This document shows, in pieces, positions 57,926-64,000 of a DNA stretch of 64,000 bases. The notes below the pieces were generated by a model. The model was given only the letters and a program-made list of their open reading frames with translations. It was not told the DNA's origin and searched no databases. The stretch spans positions 128,001 to 192,000 of the forward strand of contig CAWEXU010000004.1 in the NCBI GenBank assembly GCA_963813075.1, written 5' to 3'. Numbering within the stretch: the stretch's first letter is position 1; each line of letters begins with the position of its first letter. Position numbers and translations under genes: made by a program. Origin of the DNA: Methanotrichaceae archaeon. GTDB lineage: Archaea; Halobacteriota; Methanosarcinia; Methanotrichales; Methanotrichaceae.

Positions 57926-58540
57926 TCAGTTCGCCCCAGTCTCAAAGACGATCTTCCTTCCCACCACTTTAGGTTTACCCTCGATGAACATCTTTATCGC
58001 CTGAGGGTAGGCCCTGTACTCCGCCCTCTGGATCCTGGCTTTCAGGCTCTCATGGGTATCGTTCCTCTTCACCGGCACCGGCCGCTGATAGATGATCGGT
58101 CCGTGATCGACATCCTCATCGACGATATGAATGGTGGTGCCGGTCCACATCACCCCGTGCTCCAGGGCCTGGCTGAAGGCATCCAGTCCCCGGAACGAGG
58201 GCAAAAGAGCGGGATGGATATTCAAAATCCGGTTTTTGTAGTGGCGGACGAATCCTGCCGACAGTATCCTCATATAGCCGGTGAGAACCACCAGGTCCAC
58301 CCCTGCTTCCTCCAGCTGTGCCATGAGCAGTTGGTCATACTCCTCCCGAGACTTTCCTTTTGGATTCAAGTAAAAATGTGGGACACCAAACTCCTGGGCG
58401 ATCTTGAGGGCCCCGGCATCCGGCTGATCGGTCAGCACTATCTTCACCCGGGCAGGCAGGTCGCCCGCCCGCTCCGCCAGGAGGATGTGGCGAAGGTTCT
58501 CCCCTCGCCCGGACGATATAATGCCAATGGAGGCGGTCAA
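57926..58540 (-). CDS. purN: Phosphoribosylglycinamide formyltransferase
   Basis: SGRGENL, GYMRIL, NIHPALLPSF and VDHGPII. Confidence 0.95.
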   Translation of the reverse strand: MTASIGIISSGRGENLRHILLAERAGDLPARVKIVLTDQPDAGALKIAQEFGVPHFYLNPKGKSREEYDQLLMAQLEEAGVDLVVLTGYMRILSAGFVRHYKNRILNIHPALLPSFRGLDAFSQALEHGVMWTGTTIHIVDEDVDHGPIIYQRPVPVKRNDTHESLKARIQRAEYRAYPQAIKMFIEGKPKVVGRKIVFETGAN

Positions 58541-58549
58541 ACTGATAGC

Positions 58550-58819
58550 TCACTTCCCCAGCGTGATCTCAATCGCCGATACATTGGTCTCTCCCCGGTC
58601 GGTCTCCAGGGTCTCGGTGGAGATCTGAATTCCCATCACCCTCACATCCGGCAGAAATCTGGACCTTGACACCTCTGCCACATCCACCGCCCTGGAGATA
58701 GCCCGCCCCCTGGCCATGATCCTGACATCCCTGGCGCCGCTGTTGAATTGGGTTACCACTGCCAGCACATAGTTCATCACAGGCTTATTCCCGACGAAAA
58801 CTACCTCATCCTCAGCCAT
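58550..58819 (-). CDS. albA: Chromatin protein Alba
   Basis: [14 protein letters not shown] and [14 protein letters not shown]. Confidence 0.95.
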   Translation of the reverse strand: MAEDEVVFVGNKPVMNYVLAVVTQFNSGARDVRIMARGRAISRAVDVAEVSRSRFLPDVRVMGIQISTETLETDRGETNVSAIEITLGK

Positions 58820-58880
58820 TGGCGCATCACCTTTAAAATTAAATTTCAATATCCTATCATATCATAGATAAACCTGCTGA

Positions 58881-59459
58881 TTAGAGGTACCTGCCTCGCG
58901 CTTTGATCTCCTTCACCCTCTCCAGAACACTCTCTCCACCAGGATAGACCTGGATGTAGCCCGCCCTGAAGGCCTCGATCAACTCCTCGGGCCGGTCGTG
59001 AGTGCTCTCTAAAGTCTGGAAATAGACATGCACATCCACTCCCTGCGCCTCGACGGACCGCTCATAAAAGGAGAGGCCAAAGTCAATCAGGCATATCTCG
59101 CCATCAACCAGGATCATATTGGAGGTGGTCAGGTCCCCGTGGATGATTCCCCCTTTGTGCAGCTTTCCCACCATCTCCCCCACCTTCCGGGATAGCTCCG
59201 GGCTGATCACATCTTTGAGCTTATCGCCCTTTATATGCTCCATCTTCAGTTCAAAGCGGGATACGTCGCAGATGATGGGTGTCTGGACCCCATGCCTTCG
59301 GGCGTCGGAGGTGATCCTCGCCTCACGAATGGTCCTCTCCTGGCGGATGCGTTCGTCCAAGGCCGGCAGGCGGTAGCTCTTGGGGAGCCTCCACTTCCTG
59401 ACCACCCCATCCTCCAGGGTTATGACCGCTTCCGCCCCTCTTCCGATCTCTACCGGCAT
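58881..59459 (-). CDS. bud32: KEOPS kinase Bud32
   Basis: GAEA, PKSYR, IHGDLTTSN, IDFGL and RGRY. Confidence 0.95.
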   Translation of the reverse strand: MPVEIGRGAEAVITLEDGVVRKWRLPKSYRLPALDERIRQERTIREARITSDARRHGVQTPIICDVSRFELKMEHIKGDKLKDVISPELSRKVGEMVGKLHKGGIIHGDLTTSNMILVDGEICLIDFGLSFYERSVEAQGVDVHVYFQTLESTHDRPEELIEAFRAGYIQVYPGGESVLERVKEIKARGRYL

Positions 59460-60487
59460 AGATCCCCTCGCTTCTTCCAGGCCTTGATCAGTCCCAGGCA
59501 GCCGGTGATCATCATATCTCCGGCAGGCGCTGCCGCCACCGCTCCCTTTAAGGCCTCACAGGAGAGGAAGCTCTCCCTTCTGGGCCCCGTGACCAGAATC
59601 GACCGGACCCTATCCGGCACGCTGCCTATATAAGAACCATGACCTCCGTCGTCGAAGACCTCTCCCTCCTCCAGCGTCCCCCGGCAGAGCTTCTCGGTGA
59701 ACTCTTTTACCTTTTCTCCTTTCATCCCCGAGGTGTGATGCTCGAATATGGCACAGACCCTTCCCTCAGACAGGATGGCGGCGATGGTATGGCTGTTTCC
59801 GAAGTTGATGATCAATGCCGGCTCTTGCATCCGCGGGTCAAGGGCCGCCCCGAAGATGGCCGCGGGACCTGTATCCATAATAAAGGGCTCAAATCCCTCT
59901 TTGGCCAGAATATCCCGCACCGCCACCATCCTGGTCATCTCCTGCGGTGGCTCTTTATAGGCGAAATCCTCCAGTCTCCCGCCCGAACGGATGGCTCCGG
60001 CCAGGTACTCGAATCGAACCTGCCGGTTCAGCTTCCCTGGGGAGTAGCCGTGATCCTGCACCGCCACGGCGATATCCCTGGGCAAGGAGATATCGAAGAG
60101 CTGAAAAGCCCGCTGGAGGGAGGGAATGTCTATGTCTCCCGTCTTTATCACCTCTGCAGATGCCGGAGCTGCCTCTTGAATTGCCACCCCCAGGGCTTCG
60201 ACCTGCCCCAGGTCATTGTTGATGGTGGCCGCGGCAGAGGGGGTGGCATAAACCTTCAGTCCCGCTGCCAGGTGCCACCTGACCGCAATGGTGGAGGCTC
60301 CGCCTCCCATGATCGGGCCCTCTAAAAAGATATCCCGTCCCGCCATTCTGGCCCGGCTAATCCTGTTTCCCACAATTATGGTCTGACTGGGCAGGACCAT
60401 CTTCGTCGAGCCCTCAATGGGCACCTCCTCCTGATAGAGCAGGATATCCTGGGTCCCTGCCCCCACGTCAACCGCTAAGAGCGTCAT
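59450..60487 (-). CDS. DUF1786-family (ASKHA-fold) protein
   Basis: VDVGAGTQDILL, VQDHG, MDTGPAA, GNSHT, FEHHT and DDGGHG. Confidence 0.85.
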   Translation of the reverse strand: MTLLAVDVGAGTQDILLYQEEVPIEGSTKMVLPSQTIIVGNRISRARMAGRDIFLEGPIMGGGASTIAVRWHLAAGLKVYATPSAAATINNDLGQVEALGVAIQEAAPASAEVIKTGDIDIPSLQRAFQLFDISLPRDIAVAVQDHGYSPGKLNRQVRFEYLAGAIRSGGRLEDFAYKEPPQEMTRMVAVRDILAKEGFEPFIMDTGPAAIFGAALDPRMQEPALIINFGNSHTIAAILSEGRVCAIFEHHTSGMKGEKVKEFTEKLCRGTLEEGEVFDDGGHGSYIGSVPDRVRSILVTGPRRESFLSCEALKGAVAAAPAGDMMITGCLGLIKAWKKRGDLCR

Positions 60488-60570
60488 AGATCATTCCTCC
60501 GACCCGTCCTTTGACCTCATAAATGAGACCCCAGGGGAAAAATTTTATCCTCATCCATAAAGGGAAGAGC

Positions 60571-61047
60571 ATGATCATAGATGTGGTGGTCGCGAGCACA
60601 TCTCGCTATAGCAGTTTCGGCCCGGTTTCTGATCCGGATAAGGCAGAGGACCTCTCCGGAAAAGCAATATTGGAGAAGATCGGGGAGGCGGGATATACCG
60701 GCAACTACCAGCTTCTGCCAGACGGCATAGAGCCCATCCGGCAGGCGGTGAAGATGAGCACGGCTGATGCCATGGTGATCTGCGGCGGCACAGGGCTCAC
60801 CCACCTGGACCTGACCATAGAGGCGGTAGAGCCGCTATTTGAAAAAACCCTTCCAGGATTTGGGGAGATCTTCCGCAGGCAGAGCATGGAGGAGGTTGGA
60901 ACCCGGGCCATACTAACCCGAGCAACCGCCGGAGTCTACAGGAAAAAACCGGTATTCTGCATACCGGGCTCTCCCGGAGCAGCCCGGCTGGGAGTTGAGC
61001 TCATTTTGGCAGAAATCGAGCATATCCTCAAACATGTGATGGAGTAG
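60571..61047 (+). CDS. moaB: MogA/MoaB molybdenum cofactor biosynthesis protein
   Basis: DLSG, GGTGL..LDLTIEA, LPGFGE and IPGSP. Confidence 0.9.
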   Translation: MIIDVVVASTSRYSSFGPVSDPDKAEDLSGKAILEKIGEAGYTGNYQLLPDGIEPIRQAVKMSTADAMVICGGTGLTHLDLTIEAVEPLFEKTLPGFGEIFRRQSMEEVGTRAILTRATAGVYRKKPVFCIPGSPGAARLGVELILAEIEHILKHVME

Positions 61048-61150
61048 AGTAAAATAATATTAATAGAATCAAATCCTGTTGCGCCGGAGTAGCCTTTTAT
61101 ATCATTAGTACGCTAATAAGCACATAGAGCTATTCACGGAGATTCGGCCA

Positions 61151-61705
61151 ATGGAGACAGAGATTCCAGTGCGAGATATCATGACCCGGCCGGTGATCAC
61201 AGCTGACGCCGATCTAGATGTATTGAGCGCTGCCAAGAAGATGGGCTCGGCCAATGTGGGCAGTCTGATAATAGTATCAGGAGATAAAACCACAGGCATC
61301 TTAACGGAGAGGGACCTGGTCAGAAAGGTCATAGCCCAGGGGGTAGACCCCAGAAATCTGAAGGTGAGAGAGATCATGAGCTCACCGGTAACTGCAATCG
61401 AGCCCGATGCAAGCTTACGGGATGCAGCGGCACTTATGCTCCGCGCGGGGGTAAAAAGGCTGCCCGTGATACTCGAGGGGAAGCTGATGGGCATAATCAC
61501 CGATACCGACCTGGTCTCTGGCTCATCCGTAGGGTTGAATGATATCTTAAGCGATCTGTTGGAGATGCACCGGGAGAGCATTCACTTGGAACAACCCAGA
61601 GGAACAGTGAGCGGGATATGTGAAGTCTGCGGCCAGCTGTCAGATAACCTGGAAAACGTGAATGGCGAGTTGCTCTGCTGGAGCTGCAGGGACGGAAATC
61701 GATAG
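61151..61705 (+). CDS. CBS-domain protein with C-terminal Zn ribbon
   Basis: Two CBS motifs (GILTERD, GIITDTD); CEVC...CWSC. Confidence 0.9.
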   Translation: METEIPVRDIMTRPVITADADLDVLSAAKKMGSANVGSLIIVSGDKTTGILTERDLVRKVIAQGVDPRNLKVREIMSSPVTAIEPDASLRDAAALMLRAGVKRLPVILEGKLMGIITDTDLVSGSSVGLNDILSDLLEMHRESIHLEQPRGTVSGICEVCGQLSDNLENVNGELLCWSCRDGNR

Positions 61706-61769
61706 CATAAGCAAGATTGCGATATGGCAAATTGCAATATGGCAATTGCGGGACAGCAGGGGAGTTGAA

Positions 61770-62549
61770 ATGCTAGTCGAAGACATTTTCTCAAGAGATC
61801 CTCTCTATGTGGAGGACTCCACCTATCTGACCAAAGCACGTCAGATGATCAGAGATAATCATGTACGAGGACTGCCGGTTGTGAGTAGCAGAGGCCTGGT
61901 TTTAGGAGTCATAACCTCACAGGATGCGCTTCGAGTGACATCGACCAAATCAAATGTCACCGTCTCTGGATTCATGGTTAAGGTACCCACAGTGACCGGT
62001 GATACTGATGTGCTTGATGCGGCAAGGATCATGCTCAAAGAGAAGAGCAACTTGCTTCCAGTAGTCGAATCCCAAGAAGATCAGACCCTCAGAGGTGTTG
62101 TAACTATAATAGATATATTCAAGCATTTAGATATCTCTAAAGTTCCCAAAAAGCAGATTGGGGATATAATGACCACGAAGGTCATGACCGCCCACATGGA
62201 TGAGCCGGTGACCAAGGTCTGGGACCGGATGGTGACGCAGGATTACACCGGCCTGCCCATGATAAGGGATGATAAGCCCATGGGAATGATCACGAGATTC
62301 GATATCCTGAAGAGTGGTTGGGCGAGGATCAGCAAAGAGAGCTCGTCAAGGCCCGTGGATTCAATGCAACTATTGGCTGAGAAGCTGATGAGCTCTCCCC
62401 TCTACAGCCTCAAGCCGACAGCCAGCGTTGCTGAGGCCATAGAGCTGATGCTCAAGCACGATGTGGGCAGGGTATCGGTAGTGAATGAAGGAAGAATTAT
62501 GGGGATAGCAGATAGAAGCGATCTGATCAGATGTTACCTGGGTGAGTGA
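61770..62549 (+). CDS. CBS-domain protein (4 CBS)
   Basis: Repeated LPV...GxxT CBS motifs; ATG start after GGGAG. Confidence 0.9.
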   Translation: MLVEDIFSRDPLYVEDSTYLTKARQMIRDNHVRGLPVVSSRGLVLGVITSQDALRVTSTKSNVTVSGFMVKVPTVTGDTDVLDAARIMLKEKSNLLPVVESQEDQTLRGVVTIIDIFKHLDISKVPKKQIGDIMTTKVMTAHMDEPVTKVWDRMVTQDYTGLPMIRDDKPMGMITRFDILKSGWARISKESSSRPVDSMQLLAEKLMSSPLYSLKPTASVAEAIELMLKHDVGRVSVVNEGRIMGIADRSDLIRCYLGE

Positions 62550-63529
62550 AGATGAGCAATGGTCCAACTAGTGGAAAAGAGATAACGAGGATACCGCAAA
62601 AGAACGATCGAATGCCAAGAGCCCCAGGCTCGGGGGATAGAGGACCGCTACAGTTCGACTCCAGGCATGCCAAGCACATCAGCGAGGTGCTGAGCGCTGC
62701 ATCGCCAGATGTAGTCACTGTCCCGCCCACTACCACCATCATGGGGGCCATAAAGACCATGACCTTCTATGGCTTCTCCAGGCTTCCCATCGCAGATGCC
62801 GGCACGAAGAGGCTTTTGGGTTTTGTGACATCGGTGGATATAGTGGACTTCCTGGGCGGAGGGCTGCGGCATAACCTCCTGCAGGACAAGTACCAGGGCA
62901 ATATATTCACCGCCATAAATGCCGATATAAGGGAGATAATGAGCAGCAAGCTCATCTACGCCAGCGAAAACTCATCATTGAATGATGTCTTGAAGCTGAT
63001 GTACGAGAAGAATGTGGGCGGCCTCCCTATCGTGGGCGAGGATAACCGCATCAAGGGTATAATCACCGAGGAGGACTTCGTGCGCTCCTGCCGGGGAGTG
63101 GATACGGGGCAGGTGGTCGAGTCCTTCATGAGCCCCAATGTCGTAACCGCACCGGCTCAGACCACCATCGAGAAGATGACCAGGATGATCATCCAGAAGG
63201 GCTTCCGACGGATGCCCGTGGTCCAGGATGGTGTTCTCATGGGCATGGTCACCGCATCGGATATAATGAAGTACCTTGGCAGCGGAGACGCATTCGAAAA
63301 GGTGGTTACAGGCGATATCGGTGAGGTAATGAACCAGCCCATAAAAAGCCTGATCAAAAGAAGCCTGATCACCATTGAGAAGAAGATGGACCTGGGCCAG
63401 GCGGCCAGGAAGATGATGGACAACGAGATCGGATCGATGCCTGTTATGGATAAAGGTTCATTAGCAGGCATTTTGACCGAAAGAGATTTTGTGAGGGCCT
63501 TAGCTGAGAACAGAGGAATACTGCCATGA
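62546..63529 (+). CDS. CBS-domain protein (4 CBS)
   Basis: DIVDFLGGG, GGLPIV, RRMPVV and GILTERD. Confidence 0.9.
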   Translation: MKMSNGPTSGKEITRIPQKNDRMPRAPGSGDRGPLQFDSRHAKHISEVLSAASPDVVTVPPTTTIMGAIKTMTFYGFSRLPIADAGTKRLLGFVTSVDIVDFLGGGLRHNLLQDKYQGNIFTAINADIREIMSSKLIYASENSSLNDVLKLMYEKNVGGLPIVGEDNRIKGIITEEDFVRSCRGVDTGQVVESFMSPNVVTAPAQTTIEKMTRMIIQKGFRRMPVVQDGVLMGMVTASDIMKYLGSGDAFEKVVTGDIGEVMNQPIKSLIKRSLITIEKKMDLGQAARKMMDNEIGSMPVMDKGSLAGILTERDFVRALAENRGILP

Positions 63530-64000
63530 TCGTAAAGAAAGTCAAAGACTACATGAGCTCTCCCATAAATGTCATTGAGCGAAATGAGCCCATTCAGAGA
63601 GCCAGAAATATGATGTTCAAGTACTCCATCGGCAGGCTGCCCGTCATGGATAACGGCAAGCTGGTGGGGATAGTCACCAAATACGATATCACCAACCGGA
63701 TCAGCCAGGCTGCTCCAGAGTGGCGGAGAAGGCCCATAGACAAGGTCCCCATCCAGGTGGTAATGACCGAGAAGCCGATAACCATATTCCCTGATGCCAC
63801 CATGCCCCAGGCAGCGGAGCTGATGATCGAGAACGACATTAGCGGACTGCCGGTGGAAAAGGATGGCGAGATCGTGGGTATGATCACCTCCCGCGATATG
63901 GTGAAGTACTTCTCCGACCAGGATGTCAATTCAACCGTGGGCGAATTGATGAGCAAGAACATCCTCAATGTGCACCGCCACCATACTATAGGCCACGTCC
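63526..64000 (+). CDS. CBS-domain protein, partial (runs off window edge)
   Basis: Manual translation MIVKKVKDYMSSPINV...IGRLPV...GIVTKYD...ISGLPV; ATGA overlap with the upstream gene. Confidence 0.85.
   Translation, partial: MIVKKVKDYMSSPINVIERNEPIQRARNMMFKYSIGRLPVMDNGKLVGIVTKYDITNRISQAAPEWRRRPIDKVPIQVVMTEKPITIFPDATMPQAAELMIENDISGLPVEKDGEIVGMITSRDMVKYFSDQDVNSTVGELMSKNILNVHRHHTIGHV

Overview
Archaeal methanogen DNA, most likely Methanothrix/Methanotrichales (mch, split rpoB''/rpoB' and rpoA'/rpoA'', Alba, PurP, Bud32, Rio2, intron-containing tRNA); the taxon is inferred from gene content. Most of the window is housekeeping: truA, leuC-type hydratase, UDG, the trpDFEGC operon with TrpY-type TRP boxes, modA, mch, a LolCDE/MacB-type ABC exporter, the RNA polymerase-rpl30e-nusA-rps12-rps7 operon, leuD/leuB, purP, purN, two tRNAs and a CBS cluster. 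Single-base frameshifts occur even in essential genes (rpoB', rps12, trpD, trpF), so most are probably assembly indels. The unusual part is a roughly 13.5-kb accessory region (about 8.1-21.7 kb) just downstream of trpC. Its left half holds IS relics, a DUF6884 gene facing a broken HhH-GPD/Fe-S glycosylase gene, and a broken GmrSD-type (DUF262/DUF1524) nuclease gene. Its right half is a modular array: three displaced copies of the trpC 3' end, each followed by cargo (HicA/HicB, TumA/TumE-like, UPF0175 plus a PIN stub, a Cys-rich secreted protein, a TPR protein). The cargo is interleaved with three homologous non-coding blocks in which a roughly 240-bp unit occurs in 2, 0 and 1 copies, joined at a GGCCGACTCGCGGCG motif. 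No integrase is encoded in the window. This looks like a trpC-anchored, serially growing cassette array, but the mechanism is only inferred.
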